Program-made: the position numbers and the translations under genes | Shown: positions 11,300 to 23,089 of the stretch, one piece after another | How positions within the stretch are numbered: position 1 is the first letter of the stretch | Layout of the letters: every line of letters starts with the position of its first letter | Notes under the pieces: generated by a model | The model's input: only the letters and a program-made list of their open reading frames with translations | Databases searched by the model: none | What the model was told of the DNA's origin: nothing | Assembly: GCA_002269645.1 (NCBI GenBank) | Contig: NIVC01003107.1 | Span: forward strand, 55,045 to 119,044 | Origin: Macrostomum lignano | Lineage: Eukaryota | DNA: 64,000 bases | Direction of reading: 5' to 3'

Positions 11300-12972
11300 A
11301 TGGCATCGAATGAGGCAGACGGTTCTGTTCGCTGCTTCTACGATATTCTTCAGGTGGATCGTCAGGCCAGTCAAGCTGAGATTCGTACAGCTTATCACCG
11401 TCAGGCCCTGCGATGGCATCCGGATAAGCAACAGAATCGAGCCGATGCCGACAGTACTACTGCTGAGGATACTACTGATCAGTTTCGACAGATTCAACGA
11501 GCTTATGAAATACTGGGCGATCCTCGTACCAGAGCTCTGTATGATCAGCATAGAGAGGCCATACTGCGTCAGCGCGACACCCAGTGGGAGCCTGAGACCG
11601 ATTCTACTAACCCGTTCAACTACTTCCCACCTGGTTGCTATAGCAACTATGGCGACGGCCCGGGCGGCTTCTTTGACGTCTATGGCCGACTGTTTGACAA
11701 GTTGGCCGGCGAATTGAATTTGACTTTGCCTGGTGAGTCTTTTATTTGTCCGGGATTTTATAAGTTCCCAGGTCCCGATTTCTGCGGATTTCCTAATCCC
11801 GGTTCTAAAAGAGTTCCTGGTCCCGATTCTATAACAGGTCCTAGTCCCGATTCTATAAGAGTTCCTAGTCCCAATTCTATGATAGTTCCTAGTCCCGATT
11901 CTATAAGAGTTCCTGGTCCCGATTCTATGATGGTTCCTAGTCCCGATTCTATGATGGTTCCTAGTCCCGATTCTATAAGAGTTCCTGGTCCCGATTCTAA
12001 AAGAGTTCCTGGTCCCGATTCTATAACAGGTCCTAGTCCCGATTCTATAACAGGTCCTAGTCCCGATTCTATAACAGGTCCTAGTCCCGATTCTATAAGA
12101 GTTCCTGGTCCCGATTCTATGATAGTTCCTAGTCCCGATTCTATAACAGGTCCTAGTCCCGATTCTATAAGAGTTCCTGGTCCCGATTCTATGATAGTTC
12201 CTAGTCCCGATTCTATAATAGTTCCTAGTCCCGCTTCTTTAAGAGTTCCTAGTCCCGATACCATTAGTTCCCAAAATCCTTTTAACAAATCTCTAAAGTT
12301 TTATCCCAAAACATTTGCGATATCCCTGGCCCTAATCCCACAGAATTCGGCAAATCCAACTCCGACTACAAGTCGGTAGTGGCCGAGTTCTACTCCGCCT
12401 GGGAGGCCAGCCTGACTCAGCTGAGCAGTCAGCAGCAGCAGCAGCATCGCCGCTGTGAAGAGCTTCGCGTATTGCTCGCCTTTGTCAAAGCCTGGGATCC
12501 CCGAGTGTTCAACTGGCGAGTGCAGGCGGCCTCCCAACTAATTACCGGCTTAGCGGAGGAGGTTTTACAAGCGTCAGTTAGCCGGTCGGTTTTGGCCGGT
12601 TTGGCCGTCGGAGGCGGCGCTCTGCTAGGCGGCGCGTTGCTGCCTCGCGTCGGCAATTTCGGCCTGGCGTTTGGCGCTGCGTGCGCCGCCGTAGCCTACG
12701 CTGTTGCTAACCGAGGCGGCTTCGTGTCGCTGGCTGACGCCATTCGCTCGATGCCGCCCGAGAAGCGCACTCGTCTAGCCGAGCTCACCGCAGACGCTAT
12801 GCGCGATATGAACGCTATGGATTCGGCCACGTGGGCTTCTCTGATAGCAACAGATGCTCAGTTTAGAGCCAGGCTGCTACAGTTGGCTAGGAGATTTGCT
12901 TACGGACAGCAAACGGCTGATGAGGAAGCTGATGAGGCTAGGGAGGCTGAGCTACCCATTGGGACTCGTTGA
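11300..12972 (+). CDS. Chimeric J-domain protein: DNAJC21-like N-terminus fused to a C19orf12/Nazo-like C-terminal domain; exons 11300-11732, 12344-12972 (353 aa)
   Basis: J-domain with RWHPDK. Exon 2 starts EFGKSNSDYKSVVAEFYSAWE and contains ELRVLLAFVKAWDPRV (DNAJC21-like), then a Gly/Ala hydrophobic stretch and GGFVSLADAIRSMPPEKRTRL, which aligns by eye to C19orf12. Confidence 0.8.
11770..12270. repeat. 24-bp minisatellite (AGAGTTCCTAGTCCCGATTCTATA)n in the intron of the chimeric DnaJ gene
   Basis: Tandem units visible directly. Confidence 0.95.
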
Positions 12973-13349
12973 TTTGAGATACAACTATTGTGCATTTTTA
13001 ATTCTGGTATATATTCCGAACTACATATAGTTCAATGATTTAGTGCTGATTAAGAATGTTTTATGCCATGGATTTCTCTTACAGACCCGTTGAATTTTAA
13101 ATATATTTTCCTGAAAAATATGATTAAAATTTGTGTACTTATATTTTGGCGCTTGTTTTTTTGCCTGTGATTTGTCTGGTTTAACCTGATGAAGGAAGCT
13201 GAAGGTTAGAGTCGGTAGCCTGATGAAGGAAGCTGAAGGTTAGATTCGGAAGTCTTAGGAAGGTTTGAGTTGGTAGCTTGATGAAGGAAGCTGAACTATG
13301 GATTATCTTCATATCTCAACGCACTGTACTGCATGCGGCAGCGGCCTCG

Positions 13350-16046
13350 ATGACCTCAGTCGAACAGCAGCACCAGAGAGCCGGCGGAGTCCGCTGCTAC
13401 TACGAACTGCTGGAGGTGGAGCGCCAGGCCACCGACGATGAGCTGAAGAAGGCCTACAGGCGGCTGGCGCTTCGCTGGCATCCGGACAAGAACCCGGACA
13501 GGGTGGAGGAGGCCACCGCCCACTTCCGACTGGTGCAGAAGGCCTACGAGACTCTGTCCGATCCGCAGGAGCGGGCCTGGTACGACAAGCACCGCGAGCG
13601 GATCTTGAAAGGCGGCCTCGGCCGCGGCGACGCCTATCAGGAGGAGCGTCTGGACGTCTTTCAATTCTTCACCTCCGCCTGCTACGACGACTACGATGAC
13701 GGCGAGGAAGGATACTTCACTGTGTACGCCCGGGTGTTCAGCGATCTGGCCGAGGAGGAGCGGCGGGCCTGCGACGGAGACGACGAACCGCCGCCTGACT
13801 TTCCAGGTTGGAGGCTGTTGATGGCTAACCAGGTGTCACCGTTGACCTTCCAGATCCTCAGCTGCTGGGCCAGCCTCCCAGATCCTCAGTTGCTGGACCA
13901 GCCTCCCAGATCCTCAGTTGCTGGGCCAGCCTCCCAGATCCTCAGCTGCTGGGCCAGCCTCCCAGATCCTCAGCTGCTGGGCCAGCCTCCCAGATCTTCA
14001 GTTGCTGGGCCAGCCTCCCAGATCCACAGTTGCTGGGTCACCAGCCTCCCAGATCCTCAGTTGCTGGACCAGCCTCCCAGATCCTCAGTTGCTGTACCAG
14101 TCTCCCAGATCCTCAGCTGCTGGGCCAGCCTCCCAGATCCTCAGCTGCTGGGCCAGCCTCCCAGATCCTCAGTTGCTGGGCCAGCCTCCCAGATCCACAG
14201 TTGCTGGGTCACCAGCCTCCCAGATCCTCAGTTGCTGGGCCAGCCTCTCAGATCCTCAGTTGCTGGGCCAGCCTCCCAGATCCTCAGCTGCTGGGCCAGC
14301 CTCCCAGATCCTCAGCTGCTGGGCCAGCCTCCCAGATCCTCAGCTGCTGGGCCAGCCTCCCAGATCCTCAGCTGCTGGGCCAGCCTCCCAGATCCTCAGC
14401 TGCTGGGCCAGCCTCCCAGATCCTCAGTTGCTTGGCCAGCCTCCCAGATCCCCAGTTGCCGCACCCCCAAGTCCATGCAGCATGGGATTAGCTAGGATCC
14501 ATAAGCACTATTATCGCATTCAACTTCCCTGCCATTCCGCACAGAGTTTGGCCGCTCCGACTCCCCATACGACACGGTGGTCAGGCCGTTCTACGCGCAC
14601 TGGGAGACCTTCTTCACGCGCAAGTCCTACGTGTGGGTGGAGAAATACGACACCAGGGAGGCGCCAAACAAGTACGCCAGGAAGGCCATGGAGAAGGAGA
14701 ATCGCGCAGCCAGAGACGCCGCCCGTCGAGAGCGCAACGAAGAGATTCGAACTCTGGTTGCTTTCGTTAAAAAGCGCGATCCTCGGTGCGCGCCGAACGG
14801 CGCCGATTAGAGGCGCGCGCGCGCGAAGTCGAAGCCAAAGCGAAAGCGATGGCCTCGGCGGCTAGGAAGGCCCACCTGGAGACCGCCAGCCGGTACAGGG
14901 CGCCCGACTGGGCCAGGACTGACGACCTCGAGGCCGAGCTGGCCAAGATCGAAGCCGAGCACGGGGCCGGCGCCTCCGATCTAGACGATGACGGAGACTG
15001 GGAGGATCAGGAAGATGGCGGCGAAGAAGGCGCTGGGGTGATCAATGGAGCTGTAGGTGCTGCCGAGTGTGATGAAGCTGAGGAAGCGGATGAGGATGAT
15101 GCTGAGGATGCGCTGGTGTGCGTTGTTTGCGAGAAGGTGAGCTCAAAGTCTGAAGTTTTCCTTATGGCTAATGACTTTCTCAATCAGCTCTGACTCTTTC
15201 TCGATCAGCTCTGACTCTTTCTCGATCAGCTCTGACTCTTTCTTGATCAGCTCTGACTCTTTCTCAATCAGCTCTGACTCTTTCTTGATCAGCTCTGACT
15301 CTTCCTCGATTGTTTCTGACTCTATCAATCGACTCTGTCTGACCCTGACAGTCCCACTTTCTCTGACTCTCTGATGACGCAACGCTGCCCTCTGCATCGC
15401 TGCATCCAGCCACCCCTCCTCACCATCGCAGGCATTCCGCACCCCAGGCGCCAAGCAGAGCCACGATCGATCCAAGCGGCACAGAGAGCGACTCGAGCTG
15501 CTCAAACTTGAGTTAGCAAAGCACGATGCCCAGCCAGTAGAAAAAGATCCAGCAGCAGCAGACAATGACTCTTTAGACAATGATGAAGACGTACAGCTGG
15601 AAGCGGAAGTCCAGCAGGTCTCTGGCGGCAAGAAAAAGAAGAGCAAAAGAAAGCAACAGCAGCGCCAGCAGCTACAGGCTCAGCTAGGAGAAAATGAGGA
15701 ACCATCAGATAATCCAAATGCAAATTCTGCGGCAGCAAAACCAGCGGAAGATGCTGCGGAAGCTTCCGATGATGAAGCGGCGGCAGCAGTAACGCCGGAA
15801 ACTTCAAAGAAGCCGCGCCGACGGAAGGATCGCCAACGGCAGAAGCAGCAGGAGCTGCTTGAACAGAAACGTCAGGAACAGTTGGAAGAGGAGGCTGACG
15901 GGACCACCCAAGTGTGCAAAACCTACAGGCAGTGGTTCGATTCTAAGAATCAGCTGTTCAAGCATTTGAAGGAGAGCGGCCACGCCGCTATCAAGCCTGG
16001 GGCGGCGGCCGGACGGACTGACGGCAAGAAATCGAAGCGAAAGTAG
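13350..16046 (+). CDS. DNAJC21: DnaJ homolog subfamily C member 21 (Jjj1 orthologue); exons 13350-13806, 14545-15136, 15432-16046, with a frameshift (one base missing) at ~14785
   Basis: J-domain (RWHPDKNP), [33 protein letters not shown]...RKAMEKEN, C2H2 finger CVVCEK|[18 protein letters not shown]-terminal [17 protein letters not shown]. Confidence 0.93.
13850..14460 (+). repeat. 28-bp minisatellite (GCTGGGCCAGCCTCCCAGATCCTCAGTT)n in DNAJC21 intron 1
   Basis: Tandem units; the same family occurs inverted at 46285-46810 and 48980-49105. Confidence 0.95.
15180..15315. repeat. 21-bp minisatellite (TCAGCTCTGACTCTTTCTCGA)n in DNAJC21 intron 2
   Basis: About 6 tandem units. Confidence 0.9.
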
Positions 16047-16204
16047 CGGTTTAAAATTTTGGTCAGCGCAGAGAGTTAATTAAATATAAATATGAGTATA
16101 TCTCTTTCAAAACTATTGTCGCTATATTTTATTGCGTCTGATTTTAATCAGGAAATTGATTGCTTTTTCACCAGTTTCGTTTTTTATTACTAGTCTTGTG
16201 GCCC

Positions 16205-18345
16205 TAGACCTTAGTGACCATAGACAAAACTGTCACACAGCACGGTCACCTTGGTGACCATAGACAAGACTGTCACACAGCACGGTCACCTTGGTGATCA
16301 GAGACAAAACTGTCACACAGCACGGTCACCTTGGTGACCCTAGACAAGACTGTCACACAGCACGGTCACTTTGGTGACCCTAGACAAGACTATCACACAG
16401 CACGGTCACCTTGGTAACCATAGACAAGACTGTCACACAGCACGGTCACCTTGGTGACCATAGACAAGACTGTCACACAGCACGTTCACCTTGGTGACCC
16501 TAGACAAGACTGTCACACAGCACGTTCACCTTGGGGACCATAGACAAGACTGTCACACAGCACGGTCACCTTGGTGACCATAGACAAGACTGTCACACAG
16601 CACGGTCACCTTGGTGACCATAGACAAGACTGTCACACAGCACGGTCACCTTGGTAACCATAGACAAGACTGTCACACAGCACGGTCACCTTGGTAACCA
16701 TAGACAAGACTGTCACACAGCACGGTCACCTTGGTAACCATAGACAAGACTGTCACACAGCACGGTCACCTTGGTGACCATAGACAAGACTGTCACACAG
16801 CACGTTCACCTTGGTAACCATAGACAAGACTGTCACACAGCACGGTCACCTTGGTGACCATAGACAAAACTGTCACACAGCACGGTCACCTTGGTGACCA
16901 TAGACAAGACTGTCACACAGCACGGTCACCTTGGTAACCATAGACAAGACTGTCACACAGCACGGTCACCTTGGTGACCATAGACAAAACTGTCACACAG
17001 CACGGTCACTTTGGTAACCATAGACAAGACTGTCACACAGCACGGTCACCTTGGTGACCATAGACAAAACTGTCACACAGCACGGTCACCTTGGTGACCA
17101 TAGACAAAACTGTCACACAGCACGGTCACCTTGGTGACCATAGACAAAACTGTCACACAGCACGGTCACCTTGGTGACCATAGACAAAACTGTCACACAG
17201 CACGGTCACCTTGGTGACCATAGACAAAACTGTCACACAGCACGGTCACCTTGGTGACCATAGACAAGACTGTCACACAGCACGGTCACCTTGGTGACCA
17301 GAGACAAAACTGTCACACAGCACGGTCACCTTGGTGACCCTAGACAAGACTGTCACACAGCACGGTCACTTTAGTGACCCTAGACAAGACTGTCACACAG
17401 CACGTTCACCTTGGTGACCCTAGACAAGACTATCACACAGCACGGTCACCTTGGTAACCATAGACAAGACTGTCACACAGCACGGTCATCTTGGTGACCA
17501 TAGACAAAACTGTCACATAGCACGGTCACCTTGGTGACCATAGACAAGACTGTCACACAGCACGTTCACCTTGGTGACCCTAGACAAGACTGTCACACAG
17601 CACGTTCACCTTGGTGACCCTAGACAAGACTGTCACACAGCACGTTCACCTTGGTGACCATAGACAAGACTGTCACACAGCACGGTCACCTTGGTGACCA
17701 TAGACAAGACTGTCACACAGCACGGTCACCTTGGTAACCATAGACAAGACTTTCACACAGCACGGTCACCTTGGTAACCATAGACAAGACTGTCACACAG
17801 CACGGTCACCTTGGTGACCATAGACAAGACTGTCACACAGCACGGTCACCTTGGTAACCAAAGACAAGACTGTCACACAGCACGTTCACCTTGGTGACCA
17901 TAGACAAAACTGTCACACAGCACGTTCACCTTGGTGACCATAGACAAGACTGTCACACAGCACGGTCACCTTGGTGACCATAGACAAGACTGTCACACAG
18001 CACGGTCACCTTGGTGACCATAGACAAGACTATCACACAGCACGGTCACCTTGGTGACCATAGACAAGACTGTCACACAGCACGGTCACCTTGGTGACTT
18101 TAGACAAAACTGTCACACAGCACGGTCACTTTGGTGACCCTAGACAAGACTGTCACACAGCACGGTCACCTTGGTGACTTTAGACAAAACTGTCACACAG
18201 CACGGTCACCTTGGTGACCATAGACAAAACTGTCACACAGCACGGTCACCTTGGTGACCATAGACAAAACTGTCACACAGCACGGTCACCTTGGTGACCA
18301 TAGACAAAACTGTCACAGCACGGTCATCTTGGTGGCCCTAGACAA
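16205..18345. repeat. 40-bp minisatellite (CACGGTCACCTTGGTGACCATAGACAAGACTGTCACACAG)n, about 53 copies, each with an internal palindrome
   Basis: Exact 40-bp register; GGTCACC-TT-GGTGACC inverted repeat in each unit; no spacers. Confidence 0.97.
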
Positions 18346-19104
18346 GTCTGTTACGCAATATTATCACCTGCACTGGTCACAGTGACAATACCACGATCAC
18401 AACTTTTTTTGGAAGGCTACCGAATATTGCTACTTGCAGTAGAGTAGTTTGGATTTAAAGATCAAAGTGATTAGCTTCACACTGCCGGTCTGGACGTACG
18501 TAGTTTTGCGTTGTTGGCATTCAAGGCCGGATGCTCTAAACGGGCAGCAGTTTTTAAGCCTCACGGGGTCACGCCAACACGCCTGACTCTGCTGAATATG
18601 CTGCTTTGATTTCTCTGCGAGCGAGCCAAACATTTTTTTAGATCGTTCGATCAGCCGTTCGTCGAAAATTGGCCAATTATACTGGCGCTATAAAATATAG
18701 ATTTTTATAATAAAAATAACGGCCGGCATTAGCGGCTCACGAAACAGCTCTAGTCTTTTGCGTGCGAAAATATCATTTTTGTTGGATGATTTACTCTAGG
18801 CTAAGTGCAGTTGCACAAACAGAAGGTTGAGGATTTGGCCCCGTTGGCTGGTGGGTATCTGCAGCTGCCAGATTAACTGTAGCTGCTTTTAGACCAGAAT
18901 TCCAAGCTTTTGAATTGCTTGTGTAGTTTTTTAGTTGTACATAATAAATGTTCTGGATGGGCATAATTAATTAATTAATTAAGGCAAAATGATTGGTTAT
19001 ATTTCAGAAATTTTTCTTGGCCTTAGCTTGCCCATTAAGAATCCCTTTTAGCGTAATTCATCAAATCCATCCAATCACGTTGCAGAGACCCCGGTCTCTA
19101 ACTT

Positions 19105-20305
19105 TAGCGCCAAACGGATCTCTAAGCATGGCGCTAAACAGATCTCTAAGCATGGCGCTAAACAGATCTCTAAGCATGGCGCTAAACAGATCTCTAAGCA
19201 TGGCGCTAAACAGATCTCTAAGCATGGCGCTAAACAGATCTCTAAGCATGGCGCTAAACAGATCTCTAAGCATGGCGCTAAACAGATCTCTAAGCATGGC
19301 GCCAAACATATCTCTAAGCATGGCGCCAACCAGATCTCTAAGCATCGCGCCAAACAGAACTCTAAGCATGACGCCAAACAGATTTCTAATTGCAGCACCA
19401 AACAGATCTCTAAGCATGACGCCAAACAGATTTCTAATTGCAGCACCAAACAGATTTCTAAGCCTGGCGCTAACCAGATCTCTAAGCATGGCGCCAAACA
19501 GATCTCTACTCTTAGTGTGGCACCAAACAGATCTCTAAGTGGGGCCAACCAGATCTCTAAGCATGGCGCCAAACATATCTCTAAGCATGGCGCCAAACAG
19601 ATCTCTAAGCATGGCGCCAAACAGATCTCTAAGCATGGCGCCAACTAGATCTCTAAGCATCGCGCCAAACAGATCTCTAAGCATGGCGCCAAACAGATCT
19701 CTAAGCATGGCGCCAACTAGATCTCTAAGCATCGCGCCAAACAGATCTCTAAGCATGGCGCCAAACAGATCTCTAAGCATGGCGCCAACTAGATCTCTAA
19801 GCATCGCGCCAAACAGATCTCTAAGCATGACGCCAAACAGATTCTAATTGCAGCACCAAACAGATCTCTAAGCATAACGCCAAACAGATTATAATTGCAG
19901 CACCAAACAGATCTCTAAGTGGTGCCAACCAGCTCTAAGCATAGTGTCAAACAGATCTTGAGGCATGGCGCCAAACAGATCTCTAAGCCTGGCGCCAACC
20001 AGATCTCTAAGCATAGCGCCAAACAGATCTCTAAGCATGGCGCCAACCAGATCTCTAAGCATCGCGCCAAACAGATCTCTAAGCATGACGCCAAACAGAT
20101 TCTAATTGCAGCACCAAACAGATCTCTAAGCATGACGCCAAACCGATTATAATTGCAGCACCAAACAGATCTCTAAGCATGGGGCCAAACAGATTATAAT
20201 TGCAGCACCAAACAGATCTCTAAGCATGGGGCCAAACAGATTATAATTGCAGCACCAAACAGATCTCTAAGCATGGGGCCAAGCAGATCTCTAAACATGG
20301 GGCCA
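19105..20305. repeat. 24-bp minisatellite (GGCGCCAAACAGATCTCTAAGCAT)n
   Basis: Tandem units visible directly. Confidence 0.95.
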
Positions 20306-21149
20306 AGCAGATCAAGTAACGAATGCAAAGCACGAAATAATGCAGTAAACGTCTTATACTGCTATAATAATTCCTTATTGTTCAGCACTAACTGCCACTT
20401 CCAAAGTCGGGAAGAAATAATAATCAAATCGCTTCTCTACCAAACAACAAACTGAAAGTCCCGCAATCCCAGTTTCATTAGGTAGAATCTCTACTGATAA
20501 CGAGCAGTTTCACTTGATTGTCTCCGCTTCCTGCACGTGACGACGACAAAAGAATTTCTACAGATATTTAGTAGGGCTCTTGCGAACAAAGCTGACAGAT
20601 TAAAAAGGAGATCCCATGGTTCTAAAACAGAAAGCTGGAAGAAATGTGCCTGCATGTCTGCACCTGGGCTTGCTGTAAAATAAGATTGTGGCTATAGCGA
20701 TATAATAATGGCAGGGGGTGAGCATATTAGACATTATTGAGCTGTGTAGAGCTCAGCTTCATCTAGCTATCTTCTCCTGGCTTCCGTGCGCACCACATCT
20801 ATCCCTTGTCCTCCCTGTGCCTGCAGCCAACCAGCATTGAGGCGGCTCTCTACATCGCTGGGCACCAATGAAGATCAGAGAGAAGTGTTATTGAATCCTA
20901 TATCCCTCCCCTGCCTCTCATTCATGAACTTGATAGAAGCAGCCTTTGCTTTTGCGATTTCTGTTCGCAACTGCACCAAGAATAGCCAGAGTTGTTAAAG
21001 ACTGCCAACAATGAGATTACAGAACAGAAACTTGTACTTCAGCTGAGCATACATGTAAAGAAGGTAAGATTCTCCCACGCGTTCTCTGGGTTTAACAAGC
21101 TCAGAGTGACTGTCAGGGCAGACAATTTACTAAGAGGTGCAAGGAGAGT

Positions 21150-21490
21150 AATTCTCATGGGGTAGAAGGGCGACTCTCATGGGGTAAGAGGGCGATTCTC
21201 ATGGGATATGAGAGCGATTCTCATGGAATAGGAGGGCGATTCTCATGGGATAGGAGGGAGATCCTCGTGGGATAGGAGAGCGATTCTCATGGAATAGGAA
21301 GGCGATTCTCATAGAGTAGGAGGGCGATTCTCATGGAGTAGGAGGGCGATTCTCATGGGTAGGAGGGCGATTCTCACGGGGTAGGAGGGCGATTCTCATG
21401 GGGTAGGAGGGCGATTCTCACGGGTAAGGAGGGCGATTCTCATGGGGTAGGGCGATTCTCATAGACTAGGAGGGCGATTCTCATGGGGAC
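21150..21490. repeat. ~22-bp minisatellite (GGGCGATTCTCATGGGGTAGGA)n
   Basis: Tandem units visible directly. Confidence 0.9.
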
Positions 21491-21762
21491 ATGGTCCCAC
21501 AACCAGCGCCAGTTCTTGAAATACGATAAAATGAATCGAACTTGTGGCGCAAGAGACAGAAGCCTGACCGCTGAGCTCTCTGTACAGGGCGGTTCTTATA
21601 GACGAGGCATTTCTAGGAAAGCATCAATTCTTACTCGGGGGATCCGGCTGAACCTAAGAGCACTCTCCAAGCTACACGCACTGTGTTGATCGGGCCTGAG
21701 CAAGTGATCGAATCCGCCCCTCTGGCCCATCGCAGGCTCTCCCGGTGCTCATCTCCGAAGCC

Positions 21763-22823
21763 ATGCGAGCTCAGCTGGCGAGTTGCCTCATAATCCCCCT
21801 GCTGCCTCTGCTGCTCTTGCTCACCGTGGCGACATCCAACATCGATCCCGACGACTGCGGCTCCTGCGAAGCGGTGCCATCCTCCGCGTCGTCATCAGCC
21901 GCCTGCAGATGCGACGCGGACTGTCAGCAGCTCGGCGACTGCTGCTCGGACGCGGCGGCCCCATCGGAGTTCGTTGATCAGCAACAACTGTCGGTCTCCT
22001 GCCAGCCGCTGTCGCTCTGGTTCAACGCCTCTTCCGGAGAAGGCCTTGACAATGTCGGCTTGGCTGCTGTAGACTCCTGCCCGCCTGGCAGTCAGCATCC
22101 AGTCGATGACCTGTGCCGCCACGGCCCCGCTCTGCCCGTGCTGTCTGTCGGCGATGCCGGCAGACCCTTCCGCAACCCCGCCTGCGCTGTCTGTCACAGG
22201 CGCCGATTCGAGCTGCCAACCTCCGATGCGTCACCTCTGCAGCTGCGGCCCTGCTGGCGGAAGGTGACCGCCGACTGCCCCAACCAGTGGTGGAATTCCA
22301 CCGCAATGTCCTCAGCGGCTTCGTCGAATGTTGATCCTCGACTCTGGCGAGCTCGCCGACTGGTGAGAGACGCCTGCATCGGCGGGCCGTTCAGCGCACA
22401 CCGCGGCGGCCTGGACCTTCTGGGCGGGCCGGTGTACCGGAACAAGCACTGCGCCCTCTGCCACCAGGTGCTCCTGCCGGTCTGCCAGCCCGGCCTCTCC
22501 GCTGTCAAATTTGCCGCCAGATTTCTGCGGGCCAAACCGCTGGGACCAGTTTCTAAGACACTAGACGAAGCTCGACTGGCGCTGACCAGGCGCCTGTGCG
22601 CTCCCGACGGCGCCTACCCGGACAATTTCGGCCCATTGGCCGCTCTGGTGTTCGACTTTGACAGCCTGGAATGCCGGCCCGGACTCCAGTGGGCCGCCAG
22701 CGGCGGGAACTGCAGCCGGCTGGTGCTGACAGACTGGACTGCCGATCCGGCGCCTGATGGCAGCGGCAACGACAGCGCAGCTCTGGCTGATGACAGCGCC
22801 GTCCTGGTCATTGATGGGAGGCG
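21763..22823 (+). CDS. Signal peptide plus somatomedin-B-like and Cys-rich ectodomain exon; probably exon 1 of the 7TM receptor at 37913-40085
   Basis: Hydrophobic leader; CRCDADCQQLGDCCSD (SMB-like); two [FY]RNxxCAxCH repeats; phase-2 donor CG|GTGAGT at 22824. Confidence 0.85.
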
Positions 22824-22854
22824 GTGAGTGTCGGTGACGAGTCACATCAAATCA

Positions 22855-23085
22855 GTGTGGTGGGCCCCCTGGTGCCGGTGCCCCTGGTGCTGGCGCCCCT
22901 GGTGCTGGTGCCCCTGGTGCTGGCGCCCCTGGTGCTGGTGCCCCTGGTGCTGGCGCCCCTGGTGCTGGTGCCCCTGGTGCTGGCGCCCCTGGTGCTGGTG
23001 CCCCTGGTGCTGGCGCCCCTGGTGCTGGCGCTCCTGGTGCTGGCACCCCTGGTGCTGGCACCCCTGGTGCTAAAGCGCCTGGTGC
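22855..23085. repeat. 15-bp minisatellite (CCCTGGTGCTGG[C/T]GC)n
   Basis: Tandem units visible directly. Confidence 0.93.
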
Positions 23086-23089
23086 TAAA

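Noticed and set aside
11733-12379. PSPDSI-repeat extension of the J-domain ORF as a real protein region
   Set aside because: Bounded by GTGAGT and cacAG. Splicing it out restores DNAJC21-like sequence at the same intron position as the paralogue.
16205-18345. CRISPR-like array (palindromic ~40-bp repeats)
   Set aside because: Units are contiguous with no unique spacers, there are no cas genes, and the context is eukaryotic
18430-18633. 67-aa minus-strand ORF with a possible donor, between two satellites
   Set aside because: No recognisable homology and no partner exons found
20480-21100. Possible decayed LINE or coding remnant
   Set aside because: No RT or endonuclease motif in any frame I could read
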